A stretch of DNA of 64,000 nt, from positions 1,772 through 65,771 of the forward strand of contig CAADUZ010000001.1 in NCBI GenBank assembly GCA_900752335.1, in the 5' to 3' direction. Shown one piece after another: positions 9,265 to 18,663 of the stretch (positions within the stretch are counted from its first letter, which is position 1; the number at the start of each line of letters is the position of its first letter). Both the position numbers and the translations under genes were made by a program. Below the pieces are notes generated by a model. That model ran no database searches. It was not told the DNA's origin and worked only from the letters and a program-made list of their open reading frames with translations. Source of the DNA: Clostridia bacterium. GTDB lineage: Bacteria > Bacillota > Clostridia > TANB77 > CAG-508.

Positions 9265-10920
9265 TCATATTATTTTTTTAGCTAATTCATATTGTTTTTT
9301 ATATAAGTAGATATACACAAAAATATTTAATAAAATATATATCAAAGTTATAATCGCTAATTGAATGTATGCTGAATACATTTTTAATGTAGTATTTACA
9401 AATATTATTATCCCAATATTTATTGTTCCAAATATCATTGGAAATACTAAATTCATGTTTTGTTTTACAACAGCATATTCTGTATTCCATTGTAGTTTTG
9501 GCCTTTTTAAATCCATTATTAAACATAGCGTGCTTAATGATATATTCATTAAGATAGATACTGCAAATACAATTATTAGGTCAGTTATCGGTATTGGCAA
9601 TAAATATCTTACAATTCCTAATACTATTACCGTAGAAAATATATTCATTAATATGTTTGGAATTATTTTATATATATATTGTTTATATAATGGCACTGGT
9701 ATATATTTTATAAATGTGGCATTTTTACCTTCTCTTGAAATTGCCGTAATTGATACATATATAAACATAGCAAAAAATTGCATGGCTGCTACTAATCCCA
9801 TTAAGATTAGTGGTTTATTAAACTCAAGCATCATTGATAATGCATTTGTTATTCCACTTGTTTCTTCTTCTGGCAATATAAATATTAGCCCTATAAAGAG
9901 TAGCGGAAATATTAATGCCGGTAATACACATTGCACCAAATATACTGGATTTCTAACTAATATTTTTAATTCTTTTAGCACATATGTAAAACCTAGTTTC
10001 CCTGACTTTGCATTTATTTTAATTTTGCCTTTTTTCGTTTTTTCTCCGCTATATAAGCTACCAATTAAGCCTTTAAAGTATAGTTTTTGAGCACATAGTA
10101 AGTATATTATAACCCCTGCAAAAGTTACTAATACTGTTTTTACTGTTTCTAATAATATTGTAAGAATATTATTACTATGAACAGAATCACTTAAAAAACC
10201 AAATGTTGGGAAATATGTTTTTAGCATTTGTGTAAATCCACCTGCACTGGTTAATGTTTGTGCCATTTGCTCGTCAGTCATTGTTTCGCTATCTATTTTG
10301 GTTATAGCTATTGAAAAGGCAACTACTAAAGCTAGCATAATTAATGTGGTAAATAACTGGAATTTATTTTTATTCTTTGTTATTTTAGAAAAACTCATTA
10401 TTACCATAGAAATAAGCGAAATTATTATAACTGGCAATACTGGTAATAATATTAATCCTATTACTACAGAAATATAGTAAAGTGCATTGCAGTTTAATTT
10501 TATTCCATAAATTACTAGTGGTACTAAACCTATTAGCATATTTACCGCAATTTCCAATATTAGCATTACATTAGTTCTAGCAAGTATTATTTGATATGGC
10601 TTTAATGGAAGCGTTAATATAGAATCTGTATCTTTTGAAAAGTACAGCAAATTTATGCTCGAAAACACCGCTTGTAATATATTTAGGAAAAATACCATCA
10701 TAAATACTAAATCTATAAATACTGCTTGTGCCTCTATCTCTTTAAGCACATTAATCATTTTTGTGCTTAAAAACCACATAACACCAATCAAATATGCAAA
10801 TAGCAATACGTATAGAGTAATCTGTGCTTTGCTTTTTTTACGTACGTCACTTATGCCATTTTGTTCAGTGATTTTTTGCACAGAACTCTTTAAAAATATT
10901 TTTGTTAATAAAAAAGTCAT
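9265..10920 (-). CDS. Polytopic membrane protein, putative ABC exporter permease
   Basis: At least ten predicted TM segments. It lies 23 nt downstream of an ABC ATPase gene. Confidence 0.55.
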   Translation of the reverse strand: MTFLLTKIFLKSSVQKITEQNGISDVRKKSKAQITLYVLLFAYLIGVMWFLSTKMINVLKEIEAQAVFIDLVFMMVFFLNILQAVFSSINLLYFSKDTDSILTLPLKPYQIILARTNVMLILEIAVNMLIGLVPLVIYGIKLNCNALYYISVVIGLILLPVLPVIIISLISMVIMSFSKITKNKNKFQLFTTLIMLALVVAFSIAITKIDSETMTDEQMAQTLTSAGGFTQMLKTYFPTFGFLSDSVHSNNILTILLETVKTVLVTFAGVIIYLLCAQKLYFKGLIGSLYSGEKTKKGKIKINAKSGKLGFTYVLKELKILVRNPVYLVQCVLPALIFPLLFIGLIFILPEEETSGITNALSMMLEFNKPLILMGLVAAMQFFAMFIYVSITAISREGKNATFIKYIPVPLYKQYIYKIIPNILMNIFSTVIVLGIVRYLLPIPITDLIIVFAVSILMNISLSTLCLIMDLKRPKLQWNTEYAVVKQNMNLVFPMIFGTINIGIIIFVNTTLKMYSAYIQLAIITLIYILLNIFVYIYLYKKQYELAKKII

Positions 10921-10943
10921 TGTTTTTTCTCCTTAAATTTCAA

Positions 10944-11666
10944 CTATTCTTCTGTAATTTCCAAAAATAACTCTTCTAACGAGCCTTGCTCTTTAAATTT
11001 TTCTTTCATTTCTTGTAATGTTCCAACAAATACTAATTTTCCTTTATTTATTATTCCGACTCTATCACATAATTTCTCTGCAACGTCTAATACGTGAGTA
11101 GAGAAAAATACTGTATTTCCTTTTTTAGTATGTTCTCTCATCATTTCTTTTAAATCAAATGAAGCTTTTGGGTCTAATCCTGTCATTGGCTCGTCCAATA
11201 TCCAATTTTTTGGGTTAGATAATAATGCTCCACATATTACTATTTTCTGCCTCATACCATGTGAATAGCTCTCTATATAACTATTTAAATTCTCATATAT
11301 CTCAAATTTTTTAGTTAGTTCTTCTATTCTTTTTTGTTTTTCCTCTGCTGGAACTTTATATACTTCTGCTAAAAAATTTAAATATTCTATACCCTTTAGC
11401 TTTAAAAACATGTCTGGATTATCTGGCACAAAGCCAAAATTCTTTTTTGCTTCTAGTGGCTCTTCCTTTATACTATGGCCATCTACTAAAATATACCCTT
11501 CATCTGGGTCTAATATTCCCGTAATCATTCTAATAGTTGTCGTCTTGCCAGCGCCATTTGGTCCTAAAAAGCCAAATATTTCTCCATTTTTTATTTCTAA
11601 ATTTAAAGAATCTACTGATTTTTTATTCTTAACATATGATTTAGAAACATTTTTTATTTCTATCAT
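10944..11666 (-). CDS. ABC transporter ATP-binding protein
   Basis: Walker A GPNGAGKTT, atypical signature YSHGMRQK, Walker B WILDEPMTGLD. The GGAGGT RBS favours the MIEIKNVSK start at 11666. Confidence 0.85.
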   Translation of the reverse strand: MIEIKNVSKSYVKNKKSVDSLNLEIKNGEIFGFLGPNGAGKTTTIRMITGILDPDEGYILVDGHSIKEEPLEAKKNFGFVPDNPDMFLKLKGIEYLNFLAEVYKVPAEEKQKRIEELTKKFEIYENLNSYIESYSHGMRQKIVICGALLSNPKNWILDEPMTGLDPKASFDLKEMMREHTKKGNTVFFSTHVLDVAEKLCDRVGIINKGKLVFVGTLQEMKEKFKEQGSLEELFLEITEE

Positions 11667-11780
11667 TTTGTAACCTCCATTTTTCATCTTTATATAAATT
11701 CGCTCTATTTATATTTTTAGTCAAATTTTTCCATATTCCTTTATTTTTTTTGATTTTTTTCAAATCTTAAGAATTTGAAA

Positions 11781-11816
11781 AAGACTATATTAAATTTTTT
11801 GTTTTAATATAGTCTT
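11781..11816 (-). terminator. Intrinsic terminator after the PIN toxin gene
   Basis: AAGACTATATTAAA and TTTAATATAGTCTT form a 14-bp stem, followed by TTTTC on the minus strand. Confidence 0.5.
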
Positions 11817-11821
11817 ATTAT

Positions 11822-12223
11822 CTATTTTTTATATTGTTTTAAAAAATCATTTACAGTCATAATTTCTGGTTTATCGATTTTTATATCAAAAAAGTCTTTA
11901 TCCCCGGTTATAAGAATGTCTACATTTTCAATTATAGCTGTATATAAAATTATATAATCATCATCATCTCTTATTTTAAACATTTTTCCATCTACGTTTG
12001 TTGGTGAATATACTAAATCATAAGGAAACTCTTTTAAAAAGTTATCTAAACACTCTTCTTTCATAATAAATTTAGAGCTTATTAATTCTTTTAATTCTTC
12101 TATGACATAAGAGCATATTACTATTTCATGATTTTTAGAAAGTTCGTTTATTAGTTCATTTATTTTACTACTTTTAAATATAAATGACGATATAAGAATA
12201 TTTGTATCAAGCATTACTCTCAT
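11822..12223 (-). CDS. PIN-domain ribonuclease toxin (VapC-like)
   Basis: N-terminal MLDTNILISS contains the PIN acidic Asp, and a C-terminal ITGDKDF motif is present. The gene starts 1 nt after the antitoxin stop. Confidence 0.75.
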   Translation of the reverse strand: MRVMLDTNILISSFIFKSSKINELINELSKNHEIVICSYVIEELKELISSKFIMKEECLDNFLKEFPYDLVYSPTNVDGKMFKIRDDDDYIILYTAIIENVDILITGDKDFFDIKIDKPEIMTVNDFLKQYKK

Positions 12224-12224
12224 A

Positions 12225-12491
12225 TCAATTCTTTTTCCTTTCTTTTCTAAAATCTTTTACAAATTTCACTACGTCGGTTTCATTTTTTAGACCTAATCTT
12301 TCTGCTTCTCCTTCAAATTCTTTTTGTATTTTTTCTAGAGCTAACATTGCAGAATTCTTAATTACAATATCATCTCCCCTCTGTAAAAATATAATTTTGC
12401 TACCTTCTTTTAGTTCCAGTTTTTCTCTAATTGCTTTTGGTATTGTTATTTGGCCCTTTGTTGTAACTTTGGCTAATTCCATTTTTTCCAC
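12225..12491 (-). CDS. AbrB/SpoVT-family antitoxin (VapB-like)
   Basis: VTTKGQITIPKAIREKLELKEGSKI is the looped-hinge-helix signature. Confidence 0.75.
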   Translation of the reverse strand: MEKMELAKVTTKGQITIPKAIREKLELKEGSKIIFLQRGDDIVIKNSAMLALEKIQKEFEGEAERLGLKNETDVVKFVKDFRKERKKN

Positions 12492-12555
12492 CTCTTTTCC
12501 TTACTTTTCTTACATTCATTACTACTATTATATGCTATTTTTTAATAAATATCAA

Positions 12556-13209
12556 CTATTTTTTTACTTTTTTATTTTCGAATATTTCGTCCATGTATTT
12601 ATCTGGATATGCCTTATCTAAAAACATATCTATATTTCCATTTGCCGGTATGTTATTAACTCTTTCATTTTGCCTTATTGCTGCCATAGATGAAATTGTG
12701 ATATTAAATAGCATAAATACTGATGCTATACTTGCAATTATTTTTACTTTATGGTTTTTAACAAATTCTTCTATTTTCGGTATTAATGGCTTTATATATG
12801 AAGTATATAGTAAGCCAGCTAATCCCCAATAAGTACAATGAATTAGAGTTGTTCTCCCGTTTATATTAAATATCCAATTTGAATAGTCCCATGATACAGT
12901 TCCAAATACTTTTTCTTGAATGTACGAACATAAATATTCTGTTATTCCACCTAATATCATAGAAAATATAAATATGTGTCCTTTATTTTTTGTATTAATA
13001 ATACTGAAGAACAAATAATATACAAGTATTCCTATTCCATATACTGGTGTAAAGGGACCATATATCAAACCTTGCCTTGATACAAAACGACCATTTTGTA
13101 CTAGCCCTACTATCATTTCTACTATGTACCCTAATATACTTCCTATCATAAATATTACAAATATTTTAATAAATACATTAAACTTACTTTTTTTCTCAAT
13201 TTCTATCAT
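12556..13209 (-). CDS. Membrane protein of the putative ABC-transporter type IV family (CmpB/DUF1113-like)
   Basis: Motifs GYIVEMIVGLV...GLIYGPFTPVYGIG and a WDYS segment, recalled as typical of that family. Confidence 0.55.
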   Translation of the reverse strand: MIEIEKKSKFNVFIKIFVIFMIGSILGYIVEMIVGLVQNGRFVSRQGLIYGPFTPVYGIGILVYYLFFSIINTKNKGHIFIFSMILGGITEYLCSYIQEKVFGTVSWDYSNWIFNINGRTTLIHCTYWGLAGLLYTSYIKPLIPKIEEFVKNHKVKIIASIASVFMLFNITISSMAAIRQNERVNNIPANGNIDMFLDKAYPDKYMDEIFENKKVKK

Positions 13210-13301
13210 AATTAGCTCCTTTGTAAGTCTAATATAGCAAGTATTTATTAATAATCCTTTTATTTCTTATTAAAATATTCTTAATATTTTCTATGTTATA
13301 A

Positions 13302-13326
13302 AAACGTGGACAAATTGTCCACGTTT
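13302..13326 (-). terminator. Intrinsic terminator after dps
   Basis: AAACGTGGAC-AAATT-GTCCACGTTT forms a 10-bp stem, then TTATAAC on the minus strand. Confidence 0.6.
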
Positions 13327-13328
13327 CA

Positions 13329-13763
13329 CTATTTCATTAACATTTGTCTAATCATCCAAACTTTTTTCTTGTAGTCTTGCAAATATTCGTCCATTAAAGC
13401 AGATGTATCATATTTTTTTAGGTTATCTGCATCTTCTTTTATTTTTGTGGCATTTTCTATTAGAATATTATAATCTTTTAAAATAGCTGCAAATATTTTG
13501 CTTGAGCAAATTTTTTCATTGCTTGCTTCTTGTATTTGTGCTGTATCTAAATAATCTTGCATTCTTCCATAAGGCTCACCATCTATTATTAATATATGTT
13601 CTGCGATTTCGTCTATTTGTTCATTTATGGCGTTATACAATTCTTCTAATTTTTCATGTATTACAAAAAAATCTTCTCCCTTAATATTCCAATGATAGTT
13701 TTGTAATTTTCTATAAAATACATTTAAATTAGATAAAAATAAATTTAGGTCTTCTGTAATCAT
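13329..13763 (-). CDS. dps: Dps-family DNA-protection/ferritin-like protein
   Basis: LQNYHWNIKGEDFFVIHEKLEELY is a typical Dps helix motif, and the size (144 aa) fits. Confidence 0.8.
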   Translation of the reverse strand: MITEDLNLFLSNLNVFYRKLQNYHWNIKGEDFFVIHEKLEELYNAINEQIDEIAEHILIIDGEPYGRMQDYLDTAQIQEASNEKICSSKIFAAILKDYNILIENATKIKEDADNLKKYDTSALMDEYLQDYKKKVWMIRQMLMK

Positions 13764-13829
13764 ATATTCTCTCCTTCTTTCTTTTTAATATATGTACATT
13801 ATGACATAAATTCATTTTTCTATTCATAT

Positions 13830-14543
13830 TTATTTCATTATTTTCATTGCTTCTTCCGCTGTTTTGTCTTTGTCAAATTTATTTACTACAAATATAAATA
13901 TTCCTACTAATAAAAAAGTTACTGCATAAATTGCTATGCTATGTGTCCAATTTCCTGCTACTATACTTCCCCCTGCAAATGTAGATGACACTACTGATGG
14001 AAGTCTTGCAAATGTTGATATTAGTATAAACCTTAATGGTTTTAATGGTAAAAGTCCTGCTATATATACTAATAAATCTTTTGGTGTTCCAGGTATTACA
14101 AATAGTAAAAGCATTATCCATTCTATTTTCTTTGGATTTTGAAATAGCTTGCTATTTTCAATTTTGTCTATTCGTTCTTTACTGCAAAAGCTATAAACAA
14201 ATTTTCTTCCAAATTTTCTAACTGCAAAAAATATTAAAGAAGATATTACGCATGCTGAAATAGTTATAAATATTGTGCCTCCTATTCCTCCATAGCACAT
14301 ACCAGCAAGAATTTCCATTGGCTCTCCTGGAAGTATGATTAAAAATATTTGTGCAAATTGTAAGCCGAATAGGGCTAGGAAACCTAAAAATCCCATTTCT
14401 TCTACTTGATTTTTAAATTCTAATTGACCTTCAGGTGTACTTAAGTTTTTCATTACTGGTACTAAATATACCATTAGCCCTACAATCAACGCAATTACTA
14501 ATATTAATAAAATATATTTAAATGCTCTTACTCTTTTACTCAT
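13830..14543 (-). CDS. TVP38/TMEM64 (DedA/SNARE-associated) family membrane protein
   Basis: The LPGEPMEILAG and IPGTPKDLLVYIAG motifs are present. Confidence 0.7.
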   Translation of the reverse strand: MSKRVRAFKYILLILVIALIVGLMVYLVPVMKNLSTPEGQLEFKNQVEEMGFLGFLALFGLQFAQIFLIILPGEPMEILAGMCYGGIGGTIFITISACVISSLIFFAVRKFGRKFVYSFCSKERIDKIENSKLFQNPKKIEWIMLLLFVIPGTPKDLLVYIAGLLPLKPLRFILISTFARLPSVVSSTFAGGSIVAGNWTHSIAIYAVTFLLVGIFIFVVNKFDKDKTAEEAMKIMK

Positions 14544-14620
14544 TCTTCTTCCTTCTTTATTTTAAACTGCTATTAGTATAACATTTTATCCCCAAAAATA
14601 CTATTTATTTTTTCTTAAGA

Positions 14621-15310
14621 TTAGTTTTCTTTTGCTCTATCTATTTTTAAAATCTCTCCATATGATACTTCTCTTACAAAATCCCAGCTTTTACCCAAAT
14701 CTTCTGACTCAAATTCGTAATATGTATAATCACTATCCGCCACCGATTGTACTGTGTATGCTATAACTTTTAATTTTCCATCTACCATTTCTGGTAAATC
14801 TCTAAAAAATATATTTTTAGCTGTTATCTCATCTGGCTTGTCTATGTTAAGTTCATTCCAAGTTTTTCCTCCATCTAATGTCACTTTTACTGTATCAAAG
14901 CTGTCCACTCCACCATATGGGTCATGTACAAAGCCTACGTCTTTACTTAAAAACATAAATTCAGATCCTACATATACCTCGTCTAAATTACTATCTATTT
15001 CGTTCCAAGTAGTACCATTATTAGACGTTGTATATATTGTAACAGAGTATCTATCTCTCCACAAATTGTTTAGTTCTATTCTAAAACCAACATTTTCACT
15101 TATAAAATAAGTTTTAGTATCATTTATTTCGGGAACGTCACTTTCTACAGTATTTTCACTTGTACTTTCTTGTTCACCTATTAAATCTCCATGTGTTTTA
15201 TTTTCCTTATAATCTTTAGCTGCAACCATAATTATTACAATACCTAATATACAAATACCTAATACCGCTACAGTTTTAATAGTATCTTTTTTTCTTTCTT
15301 CCATAAACAT
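14621..15310 (-). CDS. Membrane-anchored protein with BNR/Asp-box repeats
   Basis: N-terminal TM. Asp-box-like TLDGGKTW, SEDLGKSW and SNNGTTW. Confidence 0.5.
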   Translation of the reverse strand: MFMEERKKDTIKTVAVLGICILGIVIIMVAAKDYKENKTHGDLIGEQESTSENTVESDVPEINDTKTYFISENVGFRIELNNLWRDRYSVTIYTTSNNGTTWNEIDSNLDEVYVGSEFMFLSKDVGFVHDPYGGVDSFDTVKVTLDGGKTWNELNIDKPDEITAKNIFFRDLPEMVDGKLKVIAYTVQSVADSDYTYYEFESEDLGKSWDFVREVSYGEILKIDRAKEN

Positions 15311-15318
15311 CCCCTCTT

Positions 15319-16890
15319 TTATACTCTTATTCTAAATGTCTTTGGTGCTAATTTATATGCTATAAATAGTGAAACTATTGAATATACTACTGCAAAACAT
15401 ATCGCTGCTATACCAAAATATGTGGTTGGTAATTTAAGTTGTAGCATTTCGTAACATATAAAATATGTAAGAAAACTTGCTATGGAATATGTGCTACTTT
15501 TAGTTTCGCTGCTTATGTTATATGGCTGTAATAAATAGTATAGCACTAAATGGTGGACTGAAAAGAATACACTCATTGATATTATTGATATAAATAATAT
15601 TAAATAGTTATATATATTATCAGTTCCACCAGTTACATATAAAATTACAGGTAGCCCTAGTCCTATTACTATTGCAGGCAATAAGTTAATTGCAACTACA
15701 CTTTTTATTCTTTCTTTAAATAAGCTTAAAATTGATTTTGGTGTTTTGTAAAATGAGTATGTTAGCATACTGTGGTCACAATTCATAAACATAGCTTGTG
15801 TTACTACTTGTCCTCTATTTATGATATACATAATAAATACAAAATATGGTAGTGAGTTCATAAGAACTTCATTTATTCTAATCTTAAAATCAGTGTTTAA
15901 ATTAACTGCAAAAATTACTATTGCTATAATGCAGAAGCTAATAGCTGCTGTTCTTTTTGCTGATTTCAGTAAGATTTTGCTATGTCTTTTTATAAATAAA
16001 TCATTAAAATATTTAAATCCTTTTTTGTTGCTAGTTATTTCTTTTGAAATATCTATTTGTTTATGTACATTTTCCTTTGTAATTTCTTGTGCATTTGTTT
16101 GTACATTCATATTGCTACTTGTTAATATTTGTTTATACATTTCTCTATACATATTAAATTTCTTTATGTATATACAAGCAAATATCGCTAAAATTACTGT
16201 TATTGCAGTTAAAATAGCAAATACAAAATCTGGCACAGTTATTCCTATATATGGAAGACCATAGGCTAAAATTAAACAAATCCCAACTATTCCCCAAATG
16301 AATTTTACTGGTTTATTTTCGTTTATTGTAATTCCAGTTTTTTCATACTGTTTTAGAGAATATGCTCCAAAAAGTATTTTACATGCTGCCACATAAATTG
16401 GCATTATTGCACATATCAAAATATTAACATTTGCGATCCATCCAAATAGTATTGTAAATGGCATAAATCCAGTTATTACTTTTAATATTGAATAAATGTA
16501 ATTTGATAATGTGTATTTTTTTGCATCCATTCTCATAATAAACATGGCATAATATTTGTCGTTTGTAGGATTAAACATGTATGTGTTCATTATTGCTCCT
16601 GCTATTGTTAAAAATGTAAAAATCGTAACGAAACTACCAGCTTGGTTTTGCTCATATAAGCTCATCATACCAAATATCATGGCTGCTATATATATTAATT
16701 TTCCTAAAAAGATAGAGCCAAGTTCTAGTATTATACTAATAATTGTTCCAAATATTTTTAGTCCTTTACTTTTGTACAAACTATCTGGCAATATCTTTTT
16801 AATTAATGGTATTTGTTTTATTGAATAAATTATTGTATTTACTTTATATGTATTACGTAATTTAAATGATTGTATAAATGTTTCTAACAT
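15319..16890 (-). CDS. Polytopic membrane protein, putative permease partner of the frameshifted ABC ATPase
   Basis: At least ten TM segments. It lies 18 nt downstream of the ATPase gene. Confidence 0.5.
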   Translation of the reverse strand: MLETFIQSFKLRNTYKVNTIIYSIKQIPLIKKILPDSLYKSKGLKIFGTIISIILELGSIFLGKLIYIAAMIFGMMSLYEQNQAGSFVTIFTFLTIAGAIMNTYMFNPTNDKYYAMFIMRMDAKKYTLSNYIYSILKVITGFMPFTILFGWIANVNILICAIMPIYVAACKILFGAYSLKQYEKTGITINENKPVKFIWGIVGICLILAYGLPYIGITVPDFVFAILTAITVILAIFACIYIKKFNMYREMYKQILTSSNMNVQTNAQEITKENVHKQIDISKEITSNKKGFKYFNDLFIKRHSKILLKSAKRTAAISFCIIAIVIFAVNLNTDFKIRINEVLMNSLPYFVFIMYIINRGQVVTQAMFMNCDHSMLTYSFYKTPKSILSLFKERIKSVVAINLLPAIVIGLGLPVILYVTGGTDNIYNYLILFISIISMSVFFSVHHLVLYYLLQPYNISSETKSSTYSIASFLTYFICYEMLQLKLPTTYFGIAAICFAVVYSIVSLFIAYKLAPKTFRIRV

Positions 16891-16908
16891 AAATCGTTTC
16901 TCCCTATT

Positions 16909-17614
16909 TTATCCTTCTTCTTTCAAAGCATTTATTATTTTATCTTTTATTTCTGTATTGTCTAAATTATTTTTATCAATTTTTTCTAATATACCATTAC
17001 TTAATATAACTATTTCGTCACATAAGCTTAATGCAAGTTCCATAATGTGTGTAGAAAAAATTAAAATATGGTCTTTCTTTATCTCTCTTAACATTTGCTT
17101 CATTTCTTCTGCTACTACAACGTCTAGAGAAGTAAGTGGCTCGTCTAATAAAAGAATATTTGGTTTTGCAATTATATTTATTAGCATTTGCATTTTATTT
17201 TTCATACCATGTGAGTAGTCTTTTAAAAGTTTATCCCTGTCTTCCTTGTCTATTTTCATAAAATCAAAATATTCGTCTATTGTTTTTGGATTATCTATCG
17301 TTTTTTCATTTATTTCTAAAAAGAATTTTAAAAATTCTCTACCCGTTAAAAATTCTGGAACATTTGGTGTAGATACCACATAGCCTATATCAGTTATACT
17401 TAATTTTCTTGTATTTCCATTATCGTCTTCTACTAAAAAATTACCTTCGTCCACTTTTATGTCTTCGTTTAAGCAGTTAAAAAAAGTAGTTTTACCGTGC
17501 ACCATTTCTGCCAAGAAGTCCGTATATCTTGCCCTTTTCAAATGTAAAGTTTATTCCTTTTAATACTTCTTTTTTATCAAATTTCTTTTTTATATTTTCA
17601 GCTATTAGTTTCAT
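16909..17614 (-). pseudogene. ABC transporter ATP-binding protein disrupted by a 1-nt insertion inside the Walker A codons
   Basis: The ATG at 17614 has an AGGAGG RBS and reads MKLIAENIKKKFDKKEVLKGINFTFEKGKIYGLLGRNGAR-stop. Shifting +1 gives GKTTFFNCLN and the rest of the NBD (YSHGMKNK, LLLDEPLTSLD). Confidence 0.75.
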
Positions 17615-17677
17615 AAATTTCCTCCTATATTTCTCTTGCAAGAGTATACCATACATTTAAAAAAGAGTAAAGAAAAA

Positions 17678-17709
17678 GGAACAAAGGGTGTGAAGTGCCC
17701 CTCTGTTCC
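17678..17709. repeat. Short hairpin related to the GGAACAGAGGG arm of the palindromic repeat family; probable terminator of 17726..18559
   Basis: GGAACAAAGGG-TGTGAAGTG-CCCCTCTGTTCC. Its reverse complement TTGGAACAGAGGGGCAC resembles TTGGAACAGAGGGACGTAC at 26765-26783. Confidence 0.4.
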
Positions 17710-17725
17710 AAATTAGATTTTATTA

Positions 17726-18559
17726 TTATTCTTCTACTGTTTTATTTTCTGTATTATCATTTACAGTATATCCTGTTAAGTCTGGTTTATATATTTCGTC
17801 TACATTATTAACTTCTATATTTGTAAATTCCATTGTTTCTGTTGTGGTTTGTCTTTTAACAACAAGCCCCGTTGCTTTGTCTACCCATAATATGTAATCA
17901 CTACCTAAATTTAATACATAACAATCTTTTCCGTCAAATTCATCTGAAGTAATTAATGCAAATAACATTGTATTCATAAACCAATAATCACCTTGTGCAA
18001 GATCAAAAGGTGCTGCTACTACTACTGAAGAAAATGGATTTTTTGATGCTACTTTTTGGTTTGGAAATGCCATAATTGATTCTCCAGTATTTTCATCTGC
18101 CCATATTGTAAAATCTTTGCTATCATCTTCAAAATTATCCATATCTAATCTAGTTGTTCCATCTTTTACATATGCTGTATATTCTGATACTGGTCCTTTT
18201 GCATGATATGTATAATTAGTTGCATCTTTATATACTTTTGCTTTTTCGTAAAGGTCCTTTAGAATTACATAGTTTCGTATTACAAATACTAAATATGCAA
18301 TAACTAATATTCCTATTATTACTAATACAGCTTTTAGGAATCCATGTTTTGATTCTTTTTTTACTTTTTGTGATTCTACCTTTCTAAAAGTATTATCATC
18401 TTTTTTCTCTGCCTTTTCTGGCTCTTTTTTAACAGTTTCTTTTTTTGCTTCTTTTTTTACTGGTTCTTTCTTTGTTTCCTTTTTTACTTCTTTTTCTACT
18501 GCTTTTTTTGTTTCTTCTTTGGCTTCATTTACTTTCTTTTCTTCTTTGTTCTCTGCCAT
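17726..18559 (-). CDS. Membrane-anchored protein with a K/E-rich repetitive N-terminus and an extracytoplasmic beta-rich domain
   Basis: KKETKKEPVKKEAKKETVKKEPEK repeats, one TM, and a C-terminal domain that is only vaguely LolA/DUF4367-like. Confidence 0.45.
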   Translation of the reverse strand: MAENKEEKKVNEAKEETKKAVEKEVKKETKKEPVKKEAKKETVKKEPEKAEKKDDNTFRKVESQKVKKESKHGFLKAVLVIIGILVIAYLVFVIRNYVILKDLYEKAKVYKDATNYTYHAKGPVSEYTAYVKDGTTRLDMDNFEDDSKDFTIWADENTGESIMAFPNQKVASKNPFSSVVVAAPFDLAQGDYWFMNTMLFALITSDEFDGKDCYVLNLGSDYILWVDKATGLVVKRQTTTETMEFTNIEVNNVDEIYKPDLTGYTVNDNTENKTVEE

Positions 18560-18663
18560 TATATTATCAACCCTTTCTTTTTTTATTTTATAATGTCTTC
18601 TCTTTTGCTATATAACTCAAATTATATCATAAAATGTTTTTTTGTAAATACTTTTTGTAGATT

